A DNA stretch of 64,000 nucleotides from an uncultured Clostridia bacterium (GCA_934754475.1 CAKVHV010000004.1:13660-77659), one strand, 5' to 3'. Positions 29,019 through 38,157 are shown, numbered from the stretch's first letter. Notes: generated by a model not told the origin, from the letters alone. Numbers and translations: made by a program.

Positions 29019-31703
29019 TTAAATATTTGAGTTGAGTGCTGTCAGATAATTTGGATTATTAAACAAGTCTTTGGTTACATTCAACGCTTCGATTTGAACG
29101 GTTGTTCTGTTCATAGGTCCAGTAATTAAGAAACACTGACCACGACGAGCGGTAACTATGGAGTTCTGCTCTTCGGTGTTGATACCACCGGCATTACGAT
29201 AAAGTGTAATCAAGTCATTAATATCGGCTGGTGCCAAGGACATGATAATTGAGTACTGACAAGCATTAATAACTGCTGTACTTTGTTGGGCAATTTCTTC
29301 GGAGCCTACAAAGTCTTTGATATTCTGTGTAATGATAATTTGCATACCATTATATTTACGAATACGTTTAGCCATTTGCGCCATAAAGTCTAGCGCTATA
29401 GGGAATTTTTTGTTAATGAATACGTGTGCTTCATCAACCGCAACTATAATTCTTCGGTGGTCTTCTTCGAGTTCTTGGTCGGCAAAGTACTTCAAGTTAA
29501 AGTCACGGTTTTTGATAATTTCACTATCCAAATATTTAAATACCAAAAGCATCTGCGCATTGGCAATAATATCGTTACGGTTAGATATAAGTGAACGGAA
29601 CGAGAAACAACAGAAATTTTCGTTGGTCTTAATGGATGTATAACCATTCCATAGGTTGGAGTTACGTCCACCTGTTCCGAATTTCTCAATAAACATACGT
29701 ACTGTTTGTAGGTTTTTGAGATGGTATTCATTGGTTTCAGTTTCTAGTTTACTGTCAACAAGTGCTAACATATCGTCAAAAATTGGGAAGTCGGATGCTT
29801 GAAGGTCGGCGATATTAACACCAGAGTCAATACCCTTTGACCTATAAAGTTCGGCAGTAAGTGAGTTAAGCATTTCAAACGCATCGGTATTAATTCCCGG
29901 CAAAATCAGTCTATAAAATTGCTCCATAAACTGCAAGTGTTCAGCAAAGTCATCAGATGCTTGACCTTCTTCGGATTCAAGTGTTGCATAGATGTGGAAT
30001 GGATTGAATATACCATTTGTCGAGTTACCAACGTCTATTATCTTTCCACCTAGATTGTGACAAAGTATTTCGTACTCGTTTTCTGGGTCAAGAATAAATA
30101 TACGTGTATTATCCGCTGCAAAGTTTGTAAGCAAGGTCTTGGTACAATAAGATTTACCCGAACCAGACTTACCTATAATCATCATGTTTGAATTAACTCT
30201 TTCGTTGTTACGTGCAAAGAAGTTTGCAAATACTGGATATTGGTTGTAACCTATATAAATTCCCCTTTCGTCGTGCAATGTAGTTGAGATAAATGGGAAA
30301 CATGCAGCAAGCGAACTGGTTTGGATTCCACGTCCATATTGTTTGGAAAGTTTGTCCAAACGAGAAATATTACTAGATATAAATCCGTCGACTTGTCTTG
30401 CAAAGTTTTCGGCATACTTAAAGCCATTTTGTCTTAGTATCGCTCTAACTTCCTTTTTAACAGATTCTTTGGCTACAATGTGAACGGTCGTATTAAACAA
30501 TTGTTCATTTGCACCCTTGATACCTTTGAGCAATTCTTTGAGTGTATCTACGTGGTTTTGCACTTCGATTTTCATAGATGCTCTTAGGTCTTTTTGTAAT
30601 CTATTTTCCATTTCCATAAGAGACTTATCTAGGTCTTTTTCGGCTTTGTATCTATCAATTGGGCTAATATTAACCACAACTCTACTTTCATCCAAAGCAA
30701 ATATTGGATATGCCCAAGCATTAGGCACTTCAATAGGATAATCTGTTACACTAAATATTCTAAAAGTTTCACCGTCAATCTTGGTGGTTTTAAGACCAAA
30801 TTTAACTTCGTCTGGGTATACCCAGCTTGGTTTTTCCTTGATAGGTATAAGTTCAATTTCCCTTTCGTCAAAGTCTGTACAAAAGGTAGATTTCATAAAT
30901 ACATACAAGTCATCACCAGTAATAATGTTTGTATAAATTGGTGCAACCGAACTTTCCAAAGTTGCAACTATACCATTAATAGTATTATTAAGTGCATCTC
31001 TATCTGTATCATATACGACAATATAATAGTGGTCTTTGATAATCTTTTCGGTGTGGTTCATGTAGTTGATTGCCTGCAATCTCTCTTCGAATACCGGCGC
31101 ACGACTATCAAGCTCTTCCTTGGAATAAAGTCCCCTATCTGCCATGTCTTGCAAGGTATTATAACGATAGTCTTCGTAACTTGCCATGTTGTCAAGTAGC
31201 ATAGGTTTTTTGGTCTTGACAATTGACATTTGTTGGGTTAGATTTAGACGTTGTATTGCTTGCGAAAAGCAATTAATAACCATGTTTTGTCTATCTTCGG
31301 CGAGCAAGCCAAACGACATAGGAAATATCTCAACAACCATTCCATAATAATCACCAAATTTAAGAAATTTATCGGTGTTCAAATCGTCAAATGGCATGAT
31401 GTTTTTGATGTTTGTATTGCCTTTGTCTTTCTTGCTATACTTTTTGTGGTATGCCAAGTATCTAAAACTTAGAACCAAGGCAAAATACAACCTAATTCCG
31501 TCACCCATTTCAAAGAATAGCATTATCCACAATGCCAAAAAGAATACTGCCAAATATATATTGTATACAAGTTTGTCAAAAATGTTTGTGGTCACAAGTG
31601 CAACAGCAATTCCCGCACCCACAAGCATTAGCAGTACATCAAATATTGTAAAATTTCTAAAAACCGTAGTTTTTACTTTGGTTTTTCTTGGAATAAATCT
31701 CAT
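29019..31703 (-). CDS. virB4: VirB4/TraE-type T4SS ATPase with N-terminal membrane anchor
   Basis: 894 aa. Two N-terminal TM helices, Walker A IIGKSGSGKSY, Walker B IIVAVDEAHVF. GGAGAA RBS. Confidence 0.85.
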   Translation of the reverse strand: MRFIPRKTKVKTTVFRNFTIFDVLLMLVGAGIAVALVTTNIFDKLVYNIYLAVFFLALWIMLFFEMGDGIRLYFALVLSFRYLAYHKKYSKKDKGNTNIKNIMPFDDLNTDKFLKFGDYYGMVVEIFPMSFGLLAEDRQNMVINCFSQAIQRLNLTQQMSIVKTKKPMLLDNMASYEDYRYNTLQDMADRGLYSKEELDSRAPVFEERLQAINYMNHTEKIIKDHYYIVVYDTDRDALNNTINGIVATLESSVAPIYTNIITGDDLYVFMKSTFCTDFDEREIELIPIKEKPSWVYPDEVKFGLKTTKIDGETFRIFSVTDYPIEVPNAWAYPIFALDESRVVVNISPIDRYKAEKDLDKSLMEMENRLQKDLRASMKIEVQNHVDTLKELLKGIKGANEQLFNTTVHIVAKESVKKEVRAILRQNGFKYAENFARQVDGFISSNISRLDKLSKQYGRGIQTSSLAACFPFISTTLHDERGIYIGYNQYPVFANFFARNNERVNSNMMIIGKSGSGKSYCTKTLLTNFAADNTRIFILDPENEYEILCHNLGGKIIDVGNSTNGIFNPFHIYATLESEEGQASDDFAEHLQFMEQFYRLILPGINTDAFEMLNSLTAELYRSKGIDSGVNIADLQASDFPIFDDMLALVDSKLETETNEYHLKNLQTVRMFIEKFGTGGRNSNLWNGYTSIKTNENFCCFSFRSLISNRNDIIANAQMLLVFKYLDSEIIKNRDFNLKYFADQELEEDHRRIIVAVDEAHVFINKKFPIALDFMAQMAKRIRKYNGMQIIITQNIKDFVGSEEIAQQSTAVINACQYSIIMSLAPADINDLITLYRNAGGINTEEQNSIVTARRGQCFLITGPMNRTTVQIEALNVTKDLFNNPNYLTALNSNI

Positions 31704-31788
31704 TTTTTATTCTCCATTTTTCATATGTGCATATGCACATAAATTTTTATGAATAGTTGGGAAAATCCCAACTATTCATTAATTTAAA

Positions 31789-34434
31789 TTATTTGCCAAG
31801 TGTATTTTTAAGTTCTTCCAAAGCTTTGTGAAGTTCAGATAACAACTTAGCATTACCTTCTTGACCCCACTTCTTGAGTTGGTCTTGAAGCATAGATTCA
31901 AGTTCACTTGCCTTAGCATTTTTCTTAATAGCGTCTGCCAAACTCTTTTTGAAGTCTTCCAATCCATCAAAATGCACTTGATATTCGGATTTGTTCTCTA
32001 CATCAAATTTTCCACCAGTTGGAGCAACGATATTCGAATTCAAAGCACGCATTTGATTAATATAGTATTTTGCACCATCTTCATCACCATGTTCTTTTGC
32101 CTTATTAAATGCTACAGCTAATTTATCTAATTGTTTATTCAAATCTTGATTTGCAATTTCAACTTTTTGAACCAATGCAGTTTGAATCATTTGAGCTTGT
32201 TGTGTTCTTTTTTCTCCTATCCAACCTGCATTACGTTTGTTGTAAGCTGCTTCCGCCTTGTCTGCTTTAGCTTTGGCAGCATTATCTAACATCTGTTTGC
32301 CTTCAGGACTAACACTATTGGCATCAGTATAAGCCTTTTGATATTGTTCAGGTATTTTTTGCATCGAACTAGGTGCTAACGCTTTCCATGCTGCACCAAA
32401 ACCAAATGTATTGTTAATAGTATCTCCTGCCATTTTTCTTAATGCTTCGCCAGCCATATGTCGTTTTGCAGCTCTATTGACAGATTTTTCTTTAGATTTT
32501 TTATCTTCTTCTTGATAATAATCGTCTGTTAGTAAAGCTCTCTTTGCCTTTTTGTTTCCACTTTCTTCTATCTCTTTTCTCGCTGAATTTTTAGCATCGG
32601 ATTTATTCTTTAATTCTCTTCGAGAACCTATAACATCATTACGTGCGTTTTCAACCGCGGCGACTTGGTCTTTATACTCTTGACTATCCTTAGTATATAC
32701 GTTGTCAGCTTCCATCTGTTTTAATTTATCACTTTCTTCCCTAAATTTACTTTCATTTGCTGTCACATTCTTCTTGGCAACTGATTCTTCGTCAGCAGCT
32801 GTTTGATATTTTTGATACTCTTCGGAATTCCTACCACCTTTGTTGATTTTTTTACCTACCCATCGTGCACCCTTATCAATAGCATCAATTCCTTTACCAG
32901 GCAATCCTACAACTGCATCAACTCCTTTTCTAATACCGCCACCAACTTTGTCTGCAAGTCTTCCAGCTGCACCGCCTGTAAGTTTATTAGCAAGACCACC
33001 TGCTCCTTTGGCTGCACCAAGTGCAAGTTTTCCGGCACCCATGGCAACACTACCGCCTACTGCAACTGCTTTTTGTAGGCCTGCTGTGGCTTCTTTGGCT
33101 AGACCTGCACCATCGGCTGCAGCATTGCCACCACCAAAGTAACTACCCATATCGCCTGCGAGTTTTTCAATCATTAAACATCCTACAATTACCATAAGAG
33201 ATTTAACAAGTCCAACCATAAATGAATTTGGGAATGGGAGTGCTGTAAAGTCTCCAGTGAATGTAATATCAATTTCGAGCATTACTCGAACAATTGTAAA
33301 GAATATATTCATGGATATGACTATTCCATAGGCAGATAATGCCTTAGACATAAAGCTACTTCGCCATGAGCCAAGGTTATCTTTGACTGGCGCCATACCG
33401 ACCGCCAGTGGCATGACAATAAATAATGCTGTACACCTATACAATCTATCAATCATTCCAAAACAGCAGTTAAATAAACATTTTAGAATCAAACACCCTG
33501 CAAAGATTAAAACAAGATAATTTACTTCAAATGGATTGTAAAATTTGACAACCGCATTAAGGTCGGAATATTTTAATGTCACCCCCGCCATAAAGTTTTC
33601 TTCAATAAAGACTCTATTTGAAGGGTCTCCTAGTTTCACACTTTCCATTAAGGATTTCTCATCGCTATCAAATAGTTCTCTCAACCCCATCGTAAATCCT
33701 TCGGTAATCGCCAACGACACTCCCGCTCCGATTAATTCGCCAGCATTAGCACCATCACCAAAATCAACTCCGATTTCTTCGAGTGCTTTTGCAAGTGTCC
33801 CTGGTTCTTTAAGCATTGCAGTACTAGCGGATGTTACCCAAAGGCAACCACTAATTCTAGCATTTTCACCACCACCAGTGGCTGTGTCAATTAACTCCAA
33901 AACTTGGTTTCCAATAAATACACCAAGCACAACCATAATAGGTATCATTAGCATGTTTACAAGAGCCTTGAAAGATTTGTTGAGAATAGTAGTTTTTGAA
34001 TTGTTTGCACCTTCAGTCGTATACTCGACTTTTACGATTTGGAATACCGTTGTAATCATAAGTAGGAATATTCCGACAATTGCACAAGCAAAGAATACAT
34101 CAAGAACATCTTTGTGCGTAATAAATTGCAATAGCAAGTCGCCACTTTTTCCATTGAGTGAAAATTCGGCTCCCATAGTTCCATTATTACTACTAAGTCC
34201 CGCCAATGCTCTAAACAGCACTTCTACAAAGTCAATAAGTTTGAGAATAAAAACAGACAATTCGTAAAATAATGCAGCGCCAAAATACTGAATAACAGTT
34301 ATTACAACTTGCAAAAGAACCTTAATAACTGGCACAAGTATATTTTGAATAAGCGTACTAAAAACAAAATTAAGAACCTTGTTAAGCAATTCGCCAAGTC
34401 CCGAAAGGAGTCCTAACATTCTAGATATTCCCAT
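31789..34434 (-). CDS. VirB6/TrbL-like polytopic membrane protein with Gly/Ala linker and long coiled-coil tail
   Basis: 881 aa. About 450 aa of multiple TM helices, a GGGNAAADGAG...GGAAG linker, then ~350 aa rich in Lys/Glu/Ala/Asn. AGGAGA RBS. Confidence 0.65.
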   Translation of the reverse strand: MGISRMLGLLSGLGELLNKVLNFVFSTLIQNILVPVIKVLLQVVITVIQYFGAALFYELSVFILKLIDFVEVLFRALAGLSSNNGTMGAEFSLNGKSGDLLLQFITHKDVLDVFFACAIVGIFLLMITTVFQIVKVEYTTEGANNSKTTILNKSFKALVNMLMIPIMVVLGVFIGNQVLELIDTATGGGENARISGCLWVTSASTAMLKEPGTLAKALEEIGVDFGDGANAGELIGAGVSLAITEGFTMGLRELFDSDEKSLMESVKLGDPSNRVFIEENFMAGVTLKYSDLNAVVKFYNPFEVNYLVLIFAGCLILKCLFNCCFGMIDRLYRCTALFIVMPLAVGMAPVKDNLGSWRSSFMSKALSAYGIVISMNIFFTIVRVMLEIDITFTGDFTALPFPNSFMVGLVKSLMVIVGCLMIEKLAGDMGSYFGGGNAAADGAGLAKEATAGLQKAVAVGGSVAMGAGKLALGAAKGAGGLANKLTGGAAGRLADKVGGGIRKGVDAVVGLPGKGIDAIDKGARWVGKKINKGGRNSEEYQKYQTAADEESVAKKNVTANESKFREESDKLKQMEADNVYTKDSQEYKDQVAAVENARNDVIGSRRELKNKSDAKNSARKEIEESGNKKAKRALLTDDYYQEEDKKSKEKSVNRAAKRHMAGEALRKMAGDTINNTFGFGAAWKALAPSSMQKIPEQYQKAYTDANSVSPEGKQMLDNAAKAKADKAEAAYNKRNAGWIGEKRTQQAQMIQTALVQKVEIANQDLNKQLDKLAVAFNKAKEHGDEDGAKYYINQMRALNSNIVAPTGGKFDVENKSEYQVHFDGLEDFKKSLADAIKKNAKASELESMLQDQLKKWGQEGNAKLLSELHKALEELKNTLGK

Positions 34435-34685
34435 TTTCCATTTCTCCTAAAAAATATTCCAAAAGTAATGCACTCAAATATACTTAAAAACAAACCAAAT
34501 CTTAAGATAGTCTGAAAGATTATTTAGGCACACTTACTTAGATTACATAATATATATATTTATCTTATCCTATTTCGACAAAAAAAACAAATTATTTTAA
34601 TATTATTTTTAATAATATTTTATTAATGTCATCAAATCTCGTAAAATCTAAAGTGCACTTTAATTTTAACGGAACACAAGTTCAC

Positions 34686-34722
34686 AAAAAAAGACAAGAA
34701 TTAAATTTCTTGTCAGTTTTTT
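34686..34722. terminator. Terminator after pilin-like gene 1
   Basis: gacaagaa / ttcttgtc stem flanked by an A7 run and a T6 run. Confidence 0.7.
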
Positions 34723-34820
34723 GTTTTATTGAAAATCTAAGATGCAAAATTCTAATGTTAAATCAAATTATTAATACAAAATCAAATAGTCTAATAAAAA
34801 TTCAAAACATTAATTTTTGC

Positions 34821-35150
34821 TTAGGCATCAGCACCTTTCATATATCCAAACATTTGTGGAATAAGCGAATCCCACTGGATAGCATAGCATAGCGTTATCA
34901 AAAGTATCAAAACTATTGCACCAATGAGAGTATTAATCATTCTTTTTTTGTTTTCGGCACGTTTTTCGTCACTCTCAGACTTTGCATACTGAACACCAAG
35001 AAAGATTACATAAATGATTGCAAACAAGCCAAGCACACTAAGACATGGACCTACAATGTTTTCCAAAACTTGATTAACTTTAGCCGCAGTTTGACCAAGC
35101 CTATCGTAGCTTGCCAAAAGTCTTGACATATTAAGCAACAAATTCTTCAT
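34821..35150 (-). CDS. VirB2/TrbC-topology pilin-like protein, paralog 1
   Basis: 109 aa from ATG 35150 (GGAGAG RBS). N-terminal leader-like segment, two hydrophobic helices split by the charged loop YAKSESDEKRAENKKR. Clear paralog of 35434-35793. Confidence 0.7.
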   Translation of the reverse strand: MKNLLLNMSRLLASYDRLGQTAAKVNQVLENIVGPCLSVLGLFAIIYVIFLGVQYAKSESDEKRAENKKRMINTLIGAIVLILLITLCYAIQWDSLIPQMFGYMKGADA

Positions 35151-35181
35151 ATTACTCTCCAAAATATTTTTACTTACACAA

Positions 35182-35210
35182 AGTTTATTAAAAAAATTGG
35201 TTTTAGTCAA
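35182..35210 (-). promoter_or_regulatory. Promoter of pilin-like gene 1
   Basis: On the minus strand: TTGACT (35205-35210), 17-nt spacer, TAAACT (35182-35187). Near-identical to the promoter of paralog 2. Confidence 0.6.
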
Positions 35211-35250
35211 CTAATTTTATATGGGTACAAACGATTTTGTAGCATTAAAC

Positions 35251-35288
35251 ACAAAAAAATCCTGCTTGGCTTAGAAAAAAGCAGGATT
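35251..35288 (-). terminator. Terminator after pilin-like gene 2
   Basis: aatcctgctt / aagcaggatt stem followed on the minus strand by a T-run. Confidence 0.7.
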
Positions 35289-35433
35289 TAAAACCACATA
35301 GAATTGGGGTATGTAACAAGCATAAACCAGCTGCGAACATATAAAAAGCTAATCTATGCCTAACTGCTACACGTTTTATCTATGAAGTTTCCAAAAAAGT
35401 ATAATATCCGAGTTTACGGGATTTTTTAATTTA

Positions 35434-35793
35434 TTATGCAGTCCATTTGTTGAAGCCACTAACAATTGAACCCCAGTCAAGAGCATAACATAGAGCAGCA
35501 CCAGCAACGATAATTACGCCACCAATAACTGCACCAATTAGTCTTCCTTGAACTTCTTTACGTTTAGAAGCGTCTTCTGCTCTAGCATATTGAACACCAA
35601 GATAAATTGCATAACCAATTGCAGCAATACCTAGTACTGTGAATATTGGACCCATTACCCAGTTAAATATTTTGTTTACACCTTCAACAACATCTGTTAT
35701 ATCTGTTATTGTACCTTTGTCCCTAACAGGGTCTTCTCTCAAAACATTATTACCAGTAACAGCCATTGCTAATTTAAATAAAAAGTTTTTCAT
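35434..35793 (-). CDS. VirB2/TrbC-topology pilin-like protein, paralog 2
   Basis: 119 aa, GGAGAA RBS. MKNFLFKLAMAVTG leader-like N-terminus, two hydrophobic helices split by YARAEDASKRKEVQGR. Shares GP..VLG..AI.Y.I.LGVQYA...LIGA...LCYA..W.S with paralog 1. Confidence 0.7.
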   Translation of the reverse strand: MKNFLFKLAMAVTGNNVLREDPVRDKGTITDITDVVEGVNKIFNWVMGPIFTVLGIAAIGYAIYLGVQYARAEDASKRKEVQGRLIGAVIGGVIIVAGAALCYALDWGSIVSGFNKWTA

Positions 35794-35833
35794 TTTTTCT
35801 GTTCTCCGTATTTTTTTATTTTAACTTACCCAA

Positions 35834-35862
35834 AGTTTATTAAAAAATTCGTGTCAAGTCAA
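35834..35862 (-). promoter_or_regulatory. Promoter of pilin-like gene 2
   Basis: On the minus strand: TTGACT (35857-35862), 17-nt spacer, TAAACT (35834-35839). Confidence 0.6.
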
Positions 35863-35978
35863 CTAAAATTATGTAGTTTTTGCAAAAATATGTAAAATTT
35901 TTTGATTTTGTGTACATTGATTGCCAAAAATAGATTATTTTGAATATAAAAATTTTTGTGGTAATCTTGTGCTAGTGT

Positions 35979-36007
35979 TTGACACAACTAGCAAAAATAT
36001 ATATACT
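35979..36007 (+). promoter_or_regulatory. Promoter of the coupling-protein gene
   Basis: TTGACA (35979-35984), 17-nt spacer, TATACT (36002-36007). The -35 box sits inside the palindrome GCTAGT-N10-ACTAGC (35971-35992). Confidence 0.55.
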
Positions 36008-36102
36008 ACTAATGAAATTTGTATATATTTAATACAAAAATATCTTGTATATTTAAGTAAAAATTATTTTTGTGTATGGCACAAAAAGATAAGGATGGAA
36101 AA

Positions 36103-38157
36103 ATGGCAGACAAGAAAAAAGATGAAGCGAGTTTTGGAACTAAATTCAAAAAAATATTTGGTGCATTTATATTTTGCCTAATTGGTGTAGTAATAGGTTC
36201 GTATATAATTTCTAGTTTTTTTGCATTTGGAACACTCAAGATTGGAAATTTTGGTGAAATATTTGCTAATCAGCAATTTAAGTCAATATTTATGATAATA
36301 TCTCTAATTGCACTTGTTGTAATGTTAATTATGTTTAGCAATCACGCATTCAAGTTTAACGAAAAGCCAAAAGCCAAGGTTGAGACCAAGGGTGGAATAT
36401 CCAAGTATTATGATACACACTGGATAACCAACGAAGAACTCAAGACCAACCCAGACTTTAAATTCCACTACTACGAAGACTTGCATAGGTCGGACAACAT
36501 TGGTATTCCAATTAGAGCGGAACTAATTAACGGGCGACTTAATGTCAACATGTACAAGCCAATTCACACACTTGTAATTGGTACAACTGGTGCTGGTAAA
36601 ACTACACAGTTTATTGACCCAACCGTTCAAATACTTAGTGAATCTCATGCTAAGCCTTGTATAGTTGTAACCGACCCTAAGGGTGAAATTTATGACAACC
36701 ACAGCGAGAAACTCAGAAAGAATGGATACCGAGTACTTACATTTGACTTGAAAGAGCCATTTAAGAGTGCATGCTGGAATCCGATGACGAGAGCATATGA
36801 ACTCAATGAGCGAGCAATGAATCTTAATCGTGAAGTTGTTGTTCACCACAATGATGACCCAAGAGACTTTAGCCTAAAGTGTGTAAGTCAAGTATACTAT
36901 GGCGAATGGTACGAATTTGACGGATTTGCATTTTCGGATATACAAACACTTAATTCACACCAAGCATCACTTAAGCAAATTCTCAAGACCGAAGCATTTG
37001 AAGAACTCAAAGATATAGCATCGGTTTTGTGTCCAATTGAAAGTAGCCAAGACCCTATTTGGGACAGGGGCGCTAGAGACTTGGTTTTGGGAACAATGCT
37101 TGCGATGCTTGAAGACAGCGAAAATCCTGAACTTGGGATGACCAAGGACAAATTTAATTTTTATAACTTAGCACAGATTTTGGCACTCAAAGACAATGAT
37201 GCCTACAACCCATTCAAGACTTTGACCGAATATTTCCAAGGCAGAGACGAACACAGCAAAGCCACACAACTAGCCAATCAAGTACTCACCAATGCCGACA
37301 AGACCAAGATGTCTTATATGGGTATTGTTGCAAATCGTATGGGTTTGTTTAGTGATATGGGTGTATGTTATGCCACATCAGTAAACGAAATGGACCTTAA
37401 GACATTCACCGACCAGCCTACTGCTATATTTATCAAAATCCCTGATGAAAAGACTACCCGTCACCCAATTGCTACAATGTTTGTATCGCAATTATACAAA
37501 ATACTAGTTGATGTAGCCAACAAACGTGGCGGTGAACTACCAAAAACCGTATACTTCCTACTAGATGAATTTGGTAACATGCCTAAGATTGAAAACTTTG
37601 AAACAATTATTACTGTTGCTAGATCTCGTAAGATATTCTTTACATTAATCTTGCAATCATATGCACAGCTTACCATTAAGTATGGTCAAGACGTAAGTGC
37701 GACTGTCAAAGACAACTGTAACATTCATATATTTATCGCATCCAACGATGACGGAACTAAGGAAGAATTTAGTAAACGTTGCGGTAACATTTCTGTTGAG
37801 ACCGAAACCACATCTGTTAGCAAGGGTGGCGAAGAAGGTGCGAAAGAAAGCAAGTCTGTCAACGTTCAACTTGACACTCGTCCACTTATTTATCCAGCCG
37901 AACTTGGAGCGCTCAAACCTAACTCTGGTGAATGTATAGTTTCAATTCTTCAACGTAACCCAATTAGAGCGGTATTCACTCCTAGTTACAAGTGTTCGGT
38001 TTATGATATGTCCAAAGCCCCTGCCGACAACAGTCTACCTAATCAGCTTGACGAAAGCAAGGCTTACTACGACATTCGTATCCGTAATCAAAAGGTTCTC
38101 AGAAAAGCTCCCGCTAATCCAAATGGTGGTAGCAATAACAACCCATTTGATTTCTAA
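36103..38157 (+). CDS. virD4: VirD4/TraG-type T4SS coupling protein
   Basis: N-terminal TM helices, Walker A IGTTGAGKTT, Walker B VYFLLDEFGNMP. The tracked ORF starts at TTG 36070; ATG 36103 has the best RBS (AAGGA plus 7 nt); ATG 36076 is also possible. Confidence 0.85.
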   Translation: MADKKKDEASFGTKFKKIFGAFIFCLIGVVIGSYIISSFFAFGTLKIGNFGEIFANQQFKSIFMIISLIALVVMLIMFSNHAFKFNEKPKAKVETKGGISKYYDTHWITNEELKTNPDFKFHYYEDLHRSDNIGIPIRAELINGRLNVNMYKPIHTLVIGTTGAGKTTQFIDPTVQILSESHAKPCIVVTDPKGEIYDNHSEKLRKNGYRVLTFDLKEPFKSACWNPMTRAYELNERAMNLNREVVVHHNDDPRDFSLKCVSQVYYGEWYEFDGFAFSDIQTLNSHQASLKQILKTEAFEELKDIASVLCPIESSQDPIWDRGARDLVLGTMLAMLEDSENPELGMTKDKFNFYNLAQILALKDNDAYNPFKTLTEYFQGRDEHSKATQLANQVLTNADKTKMSYMGIVANRMGLFSDMGVCYATSVNEMDLKTFTDQPTAIFIKIPDEKTTRHPIATMFVSQLYKILVDVANKRGGELPKTVYFLLDEFGNMPKIENFETIITVARSRKIFFTLILQSYAQLTIKYGQDVSATVKDNCNIHIFIASNDDGTKEEFSKRCGNISVETETTSVSKGGEEGAKESKSVNVQLDTRPLIYPAELGALKPNSGECIVSILQRNPIRAVFTPSYKCSVYDMSKAPADNSLPNQLDESKAYYDIRIRNQKVLRKAPANPNGGSNNNPFDF

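Noticed and set aside
33545-34267. 240-aa plus-strand ORF (also 32803-33142, 20574-21131, 20590-20802, 26143-26442, 28242-28545 and similar)
   Set aside because: These are alternative-frame or antisense ORFs inside the VirB6-like and giant-protein genes. They are generated by Gly/Ala-rich or polyacidic low-complexity coding sequence and have no independent start signals.
34626-34892. 88-aa plus-strand ORF in the pilin/VirB6 intergenic region (also 750-992, 55283-55471, 55550-55834, 57240-57431)
   Set aside because: These ORFs have no RBS, span terminators or promoters or overlap better-supported genes on the other strand, and have AT-rich low-complexity products.
35151-35210. 20-codon N-terminal extension of pilin-like gene 1 starting at TTG 35210
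   Set aside because: The TTG is part of the -35 hexamer (TTGACT) of a promoter duplicated from the paralog. A GGAGAG RBS precedes ATG 35150, and the paralog starts at the equivalent MKN.
19030-38157. Calling the T4SS cluster an integrative conjugative element or prophage
   Set aside because: No integrase, DDE transposase, relaxase, replication or phage structural genes were seen, and no flanking direct repeats or tRNA were recognised. Codon and composition style looks like the flanking core genes. It is therefore left as a chromosomal T4SS-like cluster rather than annotated as a mobile_element.
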